The notes: generated from the sequence alone by a model not told the origin. A stretch of DNA of 64,000 nucleotides from Moniliella sp. 'wahieum' (GCA_003971905.1 RSEE01000032.1:124001-188000), one strand, 5' to 3'; positions 1-13,088 are shown, counted from the first letter of the stretch. Translations and numbers: made by a program.

Positions 1-161
1 TTCTACAGCAGGCCTACTACGCAATTTAAGTTTTCCTGTTTCGTTGACAACACAGTCGGGCGCGAGTCGCGATGGTGCGCCCGACCGAGCAATGCAATGC
101 ATAGTATATGGGGAATAAACACAAGTCACTTAATGGGCAAAGCAGGTCCAGGCACATTTGC

Positions 162-1287
162 TTAGAAGTCGTTGCCGTACGAGTTGTTGTTGTTGTTCCC
201 GTACGAATTGTTGTTGTTCCCGTACGAGTTGCTGTTGTTCCCGTACGAGTCAGAGTTGGAGTTGCCGTACGAGCTGTTGTTGTTGCCGTATGAGTCGGAG
301 TTGGAGTTGCCGTACGAGTTGTTGTTCCCGTACGAGTCCGAGTTGGAGTTGCCGTACGAGTTGTTGTTGTTCCCGTACGAATCGGAGTTCTTGCTCCCGT
401 ACGAATCGGAGTTGTTGTTCCCGTACGAGTTGCTGTTGTTGTTGTTGCCGTACGAATCGGAGTTGGAGTTTCCGTACGAGCTCGAGTTGTTGTTGTTGCC
501 GTACGAGTCGTTGCCGTAGGACGAGTTGTTGTTGCCACCGTACGAGTTGTCATCGTCCTTCTTGTGGTGGTGTTTGCGGCCCGAGTCATCGTTGCCAGAG
601 GAGCCGTAGCTGTTGTGTTTTTGCCACCGAACGAGTCCGAGTTGGAGCCGTAGGAGTTGTTGTTGTTGTTGTTGCTGCTGCCGTACGAGTCAGAGTTGTT
701 GTTGCCGTTGCCGTACGAGTCAGAGTTATTGTTGCCGTAGGAGTTGTTGTTGCTGTTGCCGTACGAGTCAGAATTGTTGTTGCCGTACGAGTTGTCGTTG
801 TTGCCAAACGACGAGCTGTTGTTGTTACTGTTCCCGTAGGAGTTGTCGTTGCCGAAGGACGAGGAGTTGTTGTTGCCGTACGAGTTGTCATCGTCCTTCT
901 TGTGGTGCTTGCGACCAGAGTTGTCGTTGGAGGAGCCGTACGAGTTGTTGTTGTTACTGCCGTACGAGTCAGAGTTGTTGTTGCCGTACGAGTCAGAGTT
1001 GTTGTTGGTGCCGTACGAGTCAGAGTTGTTGTTGTTGTGCTGCCGTACGAGTCAGAGTTGTTGTTCCCGTAGGAGCTGGAGTTGTTGTTGCTGCTGCTGT
1101 TCCCGTAAGAGCCGTTGTTGCTGTTGCCACCAAAGGTGCTAGGGTCAACACCCAGCTTTTGGGCGGCCATGTTTTCAGCCTGGTTGAGAGCGAAGTCCTT
1201 AGCCTATTTGGGCCGGGGGTTAGGATTGGACACGAGCGCGCGGAGGAGAGGGGGGAGCAAGAAACGCACTTGGTCAAAGAGGCCCAT
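162..1287 (-). CDS. Asn/Ser/Gly/Tyr-rich low-complexity repeat protein (SYG repeats)
   Basis: ATG at 1287 (MGLFDQ), GTGCGT..TAG intron 1269-1204 with CTAAC branch point, then AKDFALNQAENMAAQKLGVDPSTFGGNSNNGSYG..., about 30 SYG(N/S)n units, ending YGNDF-TAA at 162. TATA-like element near 1378-1383. Frame interrupted by indels. Confidence 0.8.
175..1110. repeat. Degenerate coding tandem repeat (CCGTACGAG plus GTT runs)
   Basis: About 30 copies of CCGTA(C/G) separated by variable (GTT)n or GGAGTT spacers. Confidence 0.9.
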
Positions 1288-4200
1288 GATGAAGAAGCGG
1301 GTACTGGTCAGGCGGACAGGCGGTGAGGTGGGGGAGATGAGGTGAGTGAGGTGGAGGCAACTGTGTGGGAGGGGGCTATATATGCATCTCGTCCCGCCGG
1401 AGAAGAAGGCGGGTGAGAAAGAAGAACGGCGCACGCGCAGACATGGTCCGTGCCACAGGTGCTGTGCGCAGGGCGCTGCGCACTGCTGGGCACTCGGCAG
1501 CTTCGGCACCACCTGTCACACATGTCACAGGTCACAGGTCACAGGTCACATGTCACATGACACGCGTCACACACGTCCCGCGCCACCACCACCCAGTGTG
1601 CATTGCCACGCGTCTGCACCATGTACGTCATCGTCGGCATCGATCACTAATCAGAATCACCCGATCACCCGTCTCTACCACCATCCATCACGCAGGTGTG
1701 CTGCCAGGGGAGGCGGCGTGGTGGGCGCTGGGCCGCTGGGCTGGACTGGCCAGGAAAATCGGCAATCGATCATCATGCACCATACATCATGCATCAATCT
1801 AGGCTGTGTGTGGCTGTGAGGCAGTGCGGGGCGGCAGGATGCAGGAACGGCCAGGCGCTCGGCGCAATAGGGAGGCTGTGCTACGCGGCATGAGAGTTGA
1901 AAGACTGACCCCCTGGGCATAGTGCAGCTGGGGCGGAAAAGAGCCACGCTGCCGCACTTCGGCCCGAGTCTGACGGCCTGACATGTGACCGGTGACGCGT
2001 GACGCGTGACGTGGTGAATGGATTGATGACGTGGTGACCAGGTCACGCGGGTGGCGGGTGGCGGGATGGGCTTCTTTTCTCTGCGTCTTCGACGCGCTTC
2101 GACGGCATCGACCCCCACCAGCCCCCACCAACCCAAGCGAAGCCGGTTTCTGATCGAACACACGACCGATGCAACAGGCATGGATGCATCCGCCTTCGCT
2201 TCAGGGGCTCGGCGGACCGGAGGCGGCCATTAATCACCGGTCATTAATCATTTTTGAAGCGGTCCGGCCTGCTCCGGCTCAGCCTGAGCGCGCTCAGCGC
2301 CAGGGACTAGTAACTAGCTGGCAAGTTGTGCACGCGAGCACTGTGCTGTACTAGTCGCCAAGTCACGAGTCAGCCACTAGTCACTGTGACAAGTCACGTG
2401 CCACGAGTCGCGTGCGGCTGAGCGCGTGCTGAGTCCCTACTTGCTCCAGTGCTACTGGTTACTAGTTACTAGCTTTACTAGTGCTAGTTACTCTGGCGAA
2501 GCAAGTCGCAACCATGTATAACGTAACGCGTAAGGCGTAACGCGTAGCGCATGGAATCCAACTAACATGTGATGCATGTGACACAGGCCACGCGAGCGAC
2601 AAATGAGGCGTTACAAACACAACGACGTCATCCGTTGTATGCCATGGCTGCATGGCAGGCATGCCAGGTGTGACATGCTCATAGCCTCATCGGCATCGGC
2701 ATCCCCTCCCCGGTCCCCAGCAACCAGCAACCAGTCACAACTATCCAGGCATGCATGATTTGGGCGCCGACGACGCGACCTGGGGGCTATAGAGGGTAAC
2801 ACAATCGAACCAGTGGTGCAATGGGGAGATGGTGGTGGTCTTAAACCCAACCAAACATCTGCCGGGACATCGAGACGCTTCATCAGCATGCCATTATCCA
2901 GGCCGCGCAACCGTCGGGGTAGGATGGAACAAAAGGAAGGCAGACGGGAAAAGAACCCACATCGATATGCTCCTAGGCCTGAAGGGGTCTGAACAGGCCG
3001 TCTTGAAAGACCTTGGCCGGAGGCACGAGCCACCCGTGGCTCACAACAGCTGTGGATACCTGTCTAAGTAGCTCTATAAGCGTGTTGGTTGTTCCTCACG
3101 CCATCCTCGATGGAATGGGTAATAATTGCTCTCCTCGAGGGGGAGGTGGTGGCGACGGTGTGGCTGTCTGAACTGTCCCAGGCTGCGGATGATCGATGAA
3201 GGCCAAACAAATGGAAGAAGAGGGAAGAGGCTAATGATCGATGAGGTCTCCTCATCGAGGTACGACGGTGGCCCAAAGGTACTAACCGGGGTACAAAGGA
3301 CCAACAGTTTATCTCGTTCCCGCACCCGCAAAGGCATAAAAGCCGCGGTACATTTTTACATGGCAGAGGCCAAGAAGAAACCATGATAACTTCCTCTTGT
3401 GTTAAGGTGGGACCTTCCAATTGCAAACATAATATGCCAGCACGGGGTTTTGTATACCCTGTTTTGCCTTCTCTTTTGTTGGCGTTCGAAGTTCCGTGTA
3501 TATACCTTGGCCTGCTTTCGGAATCGTTGGCTCTCTTCCGTTAAGGGGTGTGTGGTATATGGGGCGTATAAACCTATACCACTGCCGTCCCCATTGCAGG
3601 TCTCTGCTCTATAGATGCCCTTCACACTATACGTTACATTGAGTTTTCCCGGCCTCATCCTTTTGTTCTTGCCTCTCACCACACATCGTGTAGGTTCAAC
3701 TGGCTTCTTCCTCATTGGGAATATGAGAAGATGCGACGCCCATTTTCGCCCCCGTCGGGATACTGCTTACGCTCAATGCAACGTTTTCATCCTGTATTGC
3801 GCTGTCGGACTTGGATGAAACACTACAATCCACGGTGCTAGTCGGACGAGTATATATAGTTCAGAAGTTCCTTCTCAGTCTTCCACCATTCCCTGTCTCT
3901 TCTCGCTGCAATAGCCACAAGCTCCACGGCACCTCCAGTTCAATCACTGCCGGCAGAGAACCCGCTCCGGCATCCTTTTGATATCACCCACCGCTTGTGA
4001 CCCTTTAATGCACACATGATCCTTCCCAAGGGCCAGGACTGTATCCATCTATATCTCTCGCATTCTCCCAAATCTACTTGACAAAATAGGAATTCCTATA
4101 GATGGGGATACGCCAAGAAAGGCAACTGTGCACAGTACGTTGAAGTCACCATGGCTCGCTGGTACTGGAGGAATCGGTCTGGGAAAAAAATCCTGGGACA

Positions 4201-5476
4201 GGACGAGCGTAGGTCGCATTGCTATCCTTCCTCATGCGAGCGGGGAGGCTCCCCCAAACAAGGTCATTGCCCATCCTTTGTGAACCCTGTTTATTAGAGC
4301 CTCTTCCTTATTGGGGCCTTCTCTCAACGTCTCTTGTGCAACGTCAGAGCTCACTTGTTGGTTCTCCGCACGACGACAATCCCTCCTGTTGCATTTTCAT
4401 ACCATTCACAGAGCGTTTACGCCTGACGAAACAGAGAAACGCTGCCCCTATATTAAACCTGCCTCTTCATCTGGCGTGTGCTGCTTGTTGGCGCCCAACC
4501 TAATTAGGAAACCAGTTGGGGGTCACCAGCAAGTCACGACCTGTAGTGCCCTCCAGACGCTTTGAACCCGAATGTCTCTATATAGCGCGCGTGGATACGA
4601 GAGTGAACGTGGTGAACGACATCTCCAATGAAATGCATCCGTTAATTCTTGCCAACGGTCATCCAGGCAAACATCTTTCTTGTGACGGGGTTGTTGGCAT
4701 CCCAGGCGGGGACCTTCCCTGCCCATCAGTACAAGATTCACGGAGGACTGAACGCGTTTCAGATCCAAAGTCCAAGGAGCACTGGTGTGAACGTTGGAGG
4801 GTCGTGAGTAGTGCTTTACTGTTTGTCGGGCAGAGCCAGGCGCATCCGCGGGGAGGTTGCACGTTTGGGGCCGGACGAAATAGCGGGAGAGTCCCGATGG
4901 GAGAGGGAGGACAAGCGAGCTGATTGGAATGGTGGCTCTTCCAGAGTGGAGTTTGCCTAGAAAAAGGATGAATAAGGGGAGAGGAAGGAATCAGAATGGT
5001 GGGCGGCTTGTGGGCCATCACAAAATTGGATCTAAGAACAGGCAGGTTTTATAGAAGAGAAAGAGAACAAAGGCAAGACCAACATGTCTACAGCAAAGAG
5101 GAAACGAGTCAAAGAGAAGAAGTGAGGACCAAGCGCAAGGGGCACGATGTGAGAGACGAGGCTAGGGTCAAGGGCAAAGTGGACCCGAGACGAGAATCGA
5201 GGCGAGAGAGCGAGTCGAAATCATGTGTAGTGTTTTGGATTTTAGACGAGCGCGAGTGGGGAAGAGACGATTTGTTATGAATTTGTAGATGTGCTGGGAA
5301 TCCGACTCACGAGAACGAAGAATAGCAAATGTGAGTAGTGATAATAGGAAGAGAAGCCGAGAAGCGAGAGCGACGATGAAGAAGAGGAAGTGGAGGTGGC
5401 GCGACTTAATCGTTGCCCCCCGTAACATTTCTCGTTGTGTTTTAGTGATGGCATATACCGTAGTATCGTCATCCCC

Positions 5477-5860
5477 TCATAACAAAGGGAAAGAAACGCT
5501 CTTAAGTGGGCCCCTGGCACTTTTTGGCGTTTCTTTTGCATCCCACTTGTTCCAACGAAGCAGCTCCTTCTTCGGCAAGTTCAACAGCCTTGCGATTCTC
5601 TCATATGTATCACCCTCCGGCATACGCAAACCGTGGTCTCTCGTGCCCCCGAGTCGCGCAACTTGTGGTCCACCTGCATCCCTGATCCTCAGATGCTGCA
5701 GATGCCACCACTTGCTTGTATACACGCTTTGCCTTCCTCCTACACTTTATCTCGTCCGCATCCATAGCCGTCAGCTCATTGGGGATGTGGGTATCGGGGA
5801 GATGGAGCATACGAGCTTGAGGATCATCTCCGTACAGCCTCTCGTGTGCAATACATTAAA
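5477..5860 (-). CDS. Possible small orphan gene or fragment with a LysM-like segment
   Basis: EGDTYERIARLLNLPKKELLRWNKW resembles the LysM core. Overlapping ORFs 5610-5810 and 5477-5725 could be joined by one indel. Confidence 0.3.
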
Positions 5861-6326
5861 CTTGGACTGTGCGGGTGCGGGTGCGGGTGGGGGTGCAAGA
5901 CCAATGAGTTATTAAACAAGGAACGGGACCACTTGCACTTGCTGCGCGAGGACCGGCACAGGGTATGGAGCGGGAGCCATGCATTCTGAACCAGTTTGCG
6001 GTGAGCTCTCTGCAGGGACTGTGTGTGGCAGTAGTTATATCCAGGATGTCATACCCAAGTTGTAACTGCCATCCACCCTCATGCTCCCTCCCAGTCCACT
6101 ACATCCTGTGATCGATGGGTGGGACTTGGGGTTGAGGGTCGACGGGTGGCCGTCCCCCCCCCTCCCCCCCAATATTTTGACCTGTGGTTGTGTGGCAGGG
6201 CGACGCCACATATACTCCAGAGGGAGGAAATTGAAATGTGAAATGGAAGCGGTGCGAAAGGTCGTAATTGCAAGCGCCCTTTTCGTTGTCGGACACATCT
6301 CACCACCACCTCCAGCGTTTGCCACG

Positions 6327-6726
6327 ATGCTCATCAAGATCAAGACCCTCACTGGCCGCAGTACGTTGTAGCCCCCCTGGATATCTCCCACGCGCTATAT
6401 TGACACACTGGGGGACTAGTGATCGAACTGGACATTGAGCCCACAGACAAGATCAGCCGCATCAAGGAGAAGGGGAGGAGAAGAAGGCATCCCGCCTGTG
6501 CAGCAACGCCTCATCTTTAGCGGCAAGCAAATGTATGTCCCACCTGCCTTCTTACACAGCAATCTGCTAAACCGTTTTCAGCCGGACGACAAAACGGCCA
6601 AGGAAATGAACGTTGAAGGAGGTACCACCCTCCACGTACGTCCCCCTTCCCCCACTCTGTTAGGCTCGCTCCCACTCACCTATTGTTGTCACGCAGTTGG
6701 TACTTGCGCTGCGTGGGGGCAACTAA
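6327..6726 (+). CDS. NEDD8: Ubiquitin-like modifier NEDD8/Rub1
   Basis: MLIKIKTLTGR..IELDIEPTDKISRIKE..EGIPPVQQRLIFSGKQM..LHLVLALRGG-N-stop, with three GT-AG introns. Confidence 0.95.
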
Positions 6727-6870
6727 GCGCTGTCACTTATTGGCTACGTTACCACGCATGCATCATCCCATTCTCTTCAGCCATTTTCATGATGAGTTTC
6801 AAGCTTCAGCCAAGCGCAATGGATCGGGACTACGAGCCGCAGTCCCCCCTTTCCTTTTGGACCCCATAGC

Positions 6871-8647
6871 TTATTGCACGCCTTCGCGCCATGTTTCGTC
6901 GCATTCCTCCCTTGGTGACCCAGGACTCGTACGACGTTTCCGTCCCGGACAGGTCGACGGTAAAATTTTGAACCGAGCCGTAGCCCTTGATGGCCTTACG
7001 CCAGTAACATGCCGCCGACGCGGGGGACACGTAGCGGTTGCGGAAAAATGTCCATTGGTTGGCAGCAATCCGCTTGGCCTGCTCATCGTTCTGCAACAGC
7101 CTTTCCATTGTTTCGGGCAAGCGTTGCCACAGACGGTTGTCATCTTCGATCAGGTACCCATCCTCGGTCGCCAGGGGCTTCGGTGGGTTCGGGAACGAGG
7201 ACAATGTTTTGCTCGTCCGAGGACCAGTCGCTGTTGTACAGATGGGTCCAGTGCTGCAACCAGCGCGGCCGGTGGGTGATAATGACCGTCTTGCAGTTTT
7301 GCAGGTACAAGAGTCGACCACTGCATCCAAACGGCGATTAGCAGCCTTTCCTAAGCCTTTCCTCTGCCCCTGAGTTTGCTTGAAGAACGACCGCCAACAC
7401 GACAGGGGAAGACAAGGGGCAAAGAAGACGAAATGGGGACGTACCTGTACGAGTTTCCATCGGCAAAGGCTTGGAACTTCCACTTGCAGTGGTCTTCCAT
7501 TTTAATTCCATTTCGGGTAGCCCAATCCACAGGCTCAATGTCGTTCCAAGGGTACCCCTGAGCTGCCTTGGCCATCGCTTCGCGATCGGCGGTACCAACG
7601 GCCATCGAGCCGCGCCACATCAATCGTGGCAGTTTTTTCTCCCACGGCATGGCCTGCTCCACTGCCTCGATGCGGTGTCGAATGTCGTGGTAGGTACCCA
7701 CGTGCTCAGGCCAGGTGAGAAACGCGTAATCCGGCATAAGCCACACATCTTCCATCTCCGGGGGTCGGTCCAGACTAAACTTGCCCTGCCCAGGCCAGTC
7801 TTGCACGCCAATGCAAAATTCCACGTTGGGAAGCGGCTCCCGGGCTGTGATGATGGACTGTTGCAGGAGCGCCAAGGTGGCTTGGGTGCGAGAAAAGTCC
7901 GATTGGGTGTAGGTCCGGATGTAAAGCCGGTTGCTGTAGATCTTGACGCGCATATGGGTCATGTCGGGGTCGTCGCACGAAATCTCAAGGTACTCTTTCG
8001 TCAACCTGTCCTTCACGTCAGAGCTTTGCCACCCACACACTCAACAAGCAAGATAAAACAGAAGGGAAGGAATTGGGAAGGAGGAGCACATACGGGTGCT
8101 TAGTGTAGTACGCCACACTCCGATCCACTTCTTTCCACAGGCCGGGGAAATAGGCATCGCACTCCTCTTCGGTCAAGGTGAGATCGTCGGGGTTGAAAGC
8201 GTCTTCGTACTGTGGTGCGGTGTGGGCAAGAATGCGAGCGTTGGGTGCGATAGTGTATCCCCACCCTTGCGCGGCACCCTTGAGCTTAGCACGCAGCTTC
8301 TCTGCCGACGAGCGCCCGAGGGCGACCACGACGAGGAGGAAGAGGAGTAGAACGAGCACAAGCAGTGCCCAGCGAGCCAGATGGGCCTGAAGGTGACGCG
8401 AAAAAGTTCGGTGCTGGCGCTGCTCCGCTGGGTCGACTCGGTCTGTGCTTGACTTGCCTTTGGCCAGATCAGGAGGCATCGACACGGTTATCCTCCCGCC
8501 CATCTCGCCCTCGTCGGGCGCGTGACGCAGACGGCCGCCTGCCCCGGCCCCGCTGTCGGCAGACTGGACCGACTGGGAGTGGGCTAGCACGTGTGTCTCG
8601 GGGAGCTCATACTCCTCCCCGGGCACCTCGGCGTATTTGCCCGGCAT
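6871..8647 (-). CDS. Glycosyltransferase family 90 (CAP10/POGLUT-like), type II membrane protein
   Basis: TM segment WALLVLVLLLFLLVVVAL; LTEEECDAYFPGLW; EPLPNVEF; WLMPDYAF; PWEKKLPRLMWRG; MEDHCKWKF; YVSPASAACYWR. Introns near 8030-8090 and 7330-7445. Confidence 0.85.
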
Positions 8648-9859
8648 GGTGGGGGAAGGATCCGAGGCGAGTGGTAACCAGTAAGGCCTCAAGGCCCAAG
8701 GCGTAAGGCGTGAGGCTTCATGGGGGGATAGCGGGCGCACTGGCAGGCTGGCCAAAGCTACAATTAGGTAAGCAATGTCGTGGCGCCAGTGGCGGTCTGA
8801 CAGCCCAGGTAGGGTGTGTGTGCTAAGGACGCGCTTGATCACCTCCATCACCCCTTTGTCCCTCCTCTTCCCTCTGAAGTCTACACGTATACATCCACCA
8901 CTGCACTGGTTTGCTTGAATCCCTGTCTTCCCAGTGCGGCATGCGCACGAAGCTGATCGACCTCAACGTTCAACGTCCTCAACGTTCCTAACGTTCTCAA
9001 CCCTCAACGGTCAACCACCACCATGAACGTTGGATTTTTTTCCTTCCCCAGCGAGTCTCTCCACCCGATTCCTTCTGTCTCCATTCAGACTTGCGGGATG
9101 CGGCACAGTAACTGACGAGGGGAATACGAGCCGAGGCTTCTCTGTTTCTGACAGTCTGGCTGAGAAGCAGCATGAAGCGTGGCACCAATATCTACCTGGT
9201 CTCACCGGTCACCAGTATCTGTGACCAGTGGCCCACTGAGCAAGGCACTAGTGGTTCTCCCTTCAAACTTTAAACTATTTATTCACTCACAAAGTAGGTA
9301 GGTGCCCGCTCTCGCTCGCGTTCCCAAACAGAGATCGTTCCGATCGCTAGCCTAAGAATGGACTCATCATCGTGCCAATGAAACAGGGCGCGGGCCAAAA
9401 CGGTGGAGAGCAATGTTAATGACAAGGGTGCGGCGGTGTGCCGTGTTGAAGGCGGTTGAACTTATGGGACGAGGGGAGCAATGGAGGATTCGCCGGGGCG
9501 AAGCTGGGGGGGGGGGCTTTCAATATAACACACATCCTTCCCAAAGCAGTGGCTTGGCCTTGGTGTCCTGGTCGAAGGGGCCGCACGATCACGGGGGACG
9601 CGGCAAGCACCGACTCGTGGTGGCGAGGGTTTGTGTGGTGTTCCGGGGGTTGCAGCGGCGGTGGGCGTGCCTGCGCGGCGGGGAGAGGGAGGGTGCAGGG
9701 GCGGTGGGAAGTGTACTTTACGCGGGGCGTTTGCACCGAAGCAGCGGAATGGGCGGAATGAGGCGGGTCTCAGCTGGCTGTCCGCGGCCCGAGTATTTTT
9801 TTTTAGGATGCTGTACTTGCAGGCGGCCTGTTGAGCTCCCCCACGAACACCCCCTCCCC

Positions 9860-12800
9860 ATGGTGCGCAAGCAGCTCGACGAGCGCATCCCCGCTCTCAT
9901 CCGCAGCGGCGTTGCCACCGGCCAGCGTTCCATCTTTGTCCTGGTCGGCGATCATGCGCGCGACCAGGTCGTCAACTTGCACTATTTCCTCTCTCAGACC
10001 CGTGTCTCCGCTCGGCCGTCGGTACTGTGGTGCTACCGCAAGGAGCTTGGCTTCAGCAGCCACCGCCAAAAGCGCGAGCGTGAGCTTAAGCGCGCACTCA
10101 AGAAAGGTTCCAAGAACAAAGAGAACTCGCTGCCGATCCCTTTGCTCTCTTTGTTGGCGTCACCGACATCTCCTACCGCTACTACAAGGACTCGGACAAA
10201 ATCCTCGGTAACACCTATGGCATGCTCGTCCTCCAGGATTTTGAGGCCTTGACCCCCAACCTCCTCGCCCGAACCATTGAGACGGTCGAAGGCGGCGGAG
10301 TAATCGTCTTCTTGCTCAAGACGATGAGCAGTCTGCGCCAGTTGTACAATCTCAGCATGGACGTCCACGCCAAGTACCGCTCTTCCGCGACGGACGACGA
10401 GCCGGTCGCACGCTTCAACGAGCGGTTCCTTTGTCCCTTGCCGCGTGCCCCAACGCCCTGGTATGCGACGACGAGCTCAATGTTCTCCCTGTGTCCCTTT
10501 CTGGCCGGGCCCTAAGCCCGAGCACGCCATGGACACCCCGCTCGAAGATGCTCAAAAGAACGCAAGGCTCAACTGGCCCAACTGCGCTCTGACGTGGCCG
10601 GGACCCAGGTAGTGTCTGACCTGCTCGCTCAGGCTGCTACACACGACCAGGGACTTGCCATGCTCACCATGCTTGACATTCTCTCTTCCGCCGCTAGTGG
10701 GGGCGACCTCAGCACCACCTTTGCCCTGACGGCCGCTCGTGGACGAGGCAAGTCGGCCGCCTTGGGCCTGGCTATCGCAGCCTCGATTGCATATGGGTAC
10801 GCAAACGTCTTTGTTACCTCGCCCAGTCCCCAGAACGTCCGTACGCTCTTCCAGTTCCTCGTCAAGGGACTTACTGCGCTCGGGTACAACGAAGGCGCGG
10901 ACTGGAGTCTGGTCAAGGGCGCTCCAGGGACCGAGCTGAAAGACACCATCTTGCGCGTCAACGTTCAACGTACCGCGGCGGGGCAAGGCCAGAACAAGCA
11001 AGTGGTTCAGTATATCTCTCCGGACGACGCTGCGCTCTTGGGCTACAATGCCGAGTTGGTCGTGATCGATGAAGCGGCCGCGATTCCCTTGCCGATTGTG
11101 CGTGAGTTGATGGGGCAGGGCCAGTACCTTGTTTTCCTTTCCTCTACGATCTCAGGGTACGAAGGAACGGGCCGCAGTCTCTCCCTCAAACTGTTGGAGC
11201 AACTGCGCCAGGCTGCTGGCAACGAGGGAGGGGAGACGGTCGCTGGCCTTGGTCTGGACCAGGAGAGTGGAACGCACCTCAAGCTTACCAAGGGCAAGCT
11301 TTCCACGGCCGTACACACACGCCAGCTCAAGGAGGTGCACATGACCGACCCGATTCGGTATGCGGCCGGGGACCCGGTCGAGCAATGGCTTACCCAGCTC
11401 CTCTGCCTCGACGCTAAAGTCAAGCGCAAGGGCAAGACGGCACCGCACCCGAGCCAGTGCCAGTTGTTCCAAGTTAATCGAGACGCTCTCTTCTCCTTCC
11501 ACCCCACTTCGGAGAAGTTTTTGCAAGACGTCATGGCGCTCTATGTGGGCGGGCACTACAAGAATTCGCCGAACGACATGCAGCTTCTTTCGGATGCACC
11601 GGGGCAACGACTGTTTGTCCTCCTTGACCCTTCAATGGGTAAGGGGGTCGAGGTGTTGTGTGTGGTACAGGTTGCACTCGAAGGCGCGCTGGCCCGTGAC
11701 GCCATCCTCTCTGGTTTGGCCCGTGGTACGCGAGAGGCGGGTGACTTGATCCCTTGGCTCATTTCCTCTTATTACCAGGACTCGGACTTTGCCCAGTTGT
11801 CAGGGGCGAGGGTGGTGCGGATTGCAACGCACCCCGACTACGCCCGGATGGGGTATGCAACACGCGCCATGCATCTGCTGCGGCAATTTTACCAAGGGAA
11901 TTTACTGGATGCGGATGCGTTGTTGGCCAAGGAAGCCCTGCCAGCCCCAACTCAGTCGGGAGACGAGGTGGCAGTGCGCACGGGTGACAAGCTGCCACCG
12001 CTGTTGCAGCACCTGCACGAGACGCGGCCTGAGGCGGTTGATTGGTTGGGTGTGTCCTATGGGTTGTCAGCCACGCTCTTCCGGTTCTGGAGGAAGTTGG
12101 GGCTGACGCCGTTGTATGTGCGCCAGACGCCCGCAGCCCAAACAGGGGAATTTACCTGTGTCCAAGTCGGCCCTGTGATGGAGGAAGGGTAGCTGGTTGC
12201 CCGCATATGCCGAGGACTTCCGTCGGCGCTTCTCCCAGTTACTTGGTTACCGTTTCCGTACCTTTGCTGCTACGCTGGCGTACCAAGTGTTGCAGGCGGC
12301 GGTTGCCTCCGGCAAGCCCTTGACTGCCGATGAGGTCACCCTGTTTTTCTCCCCTTTGACCTGAAACGGCTCGAGTCATACGCAGAGAACATGGCGGAGC
12401 CTTATCTTGTCACCGACTTGTTCCCCAAGGTGGCCGAGGTGTACTTTAGTGGACGTCTTCGCAATCCCTCGGAAGAAGGCAGACTCATCCTCTCGGCTGT
12501 CCAGAGCACAGCCCTGTTGGCCATTGGGCTGCAGAGGAAAGAGCTTCCTGAGGTTAGTGCCGAGCTTCTGCTCGACCGAGCCAGCTCACCTCCCTCCTCA
12601 CCCAGGGCATCCGCCAAATCGTCGCCTCTCTCCGCCTGGTGCAGCGGAACGTCATTCTTCAGTCGCTCGAGACTGGATTGGAGGTGAAAGAGAACGTTCC
12701 GTCGATCCAGGAGGAGCTGGGGATGAAGGCCCATGCTCCTGTTGCCGCGCGCCAGGGTACTTTGGAGGACGCGGAGGAAGAGGAGGAGAAAGAGGAGGAG

Positions 12801-13088
12801 GAAGAGGAGGAGGAAGAGGAGGAAGAGACCGCGGAAAAGGAAGAGAAGAGCAAGGAAACCCGTGAGCAGCAACGCCAGCTGCTCTCGCAGCTGCATCTCG
12901 ACCGCTACCGCATCGATCAAGAGGGCGATTGGAGCGAGGCGGAGGCGCGTGTGCGGTCCTCCAAGGGCGGGAACTCGACATTGAGTGTCAAGCGCTCTGC
13001 TCCGGTTGAGGAGGAGAGGGGGGCCAAGAAGCCCAAGGCGGCGCCCAAGGCGGAGAAGGGCAAGAAGGGTAAGAAGGCGCGGCGGTAA
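9860..13088 (+). CDS. KRE33: RNA cytidine acetyltransferase (18S rRNA/tRNA ac4C), NAT10/Kre33
   Basis: MVRKQLDERIPALI..VLWCYRKELGFSSHR; LQDFEALTPNLLARTIETVEGGG; TAARGRGKSAALG; AELVVIDEAAAIPLP; GYEGTGRSLSLKL; RVVRIATHPDY; Lys-rich C-terminus. Confidence 0.97.

Noticed and set aside
162..1287. Fungal RiPP (Kex2-processed repeat) precursor
   Set aside because: No signal peptide, no regular KR/RR sites between repeats, and no tailoring genes seen in the window.
158..1326. Cys-rich, Val-rich and PYELLL plus-strand ORFs, or a CRISPR-like array
   Set aside because: These are antisense readings of the SYG/Asn repeat gene. The spacers are low-complexity codon runs, not unique spacers, and the DNA is eukaryotic with no cas genes.
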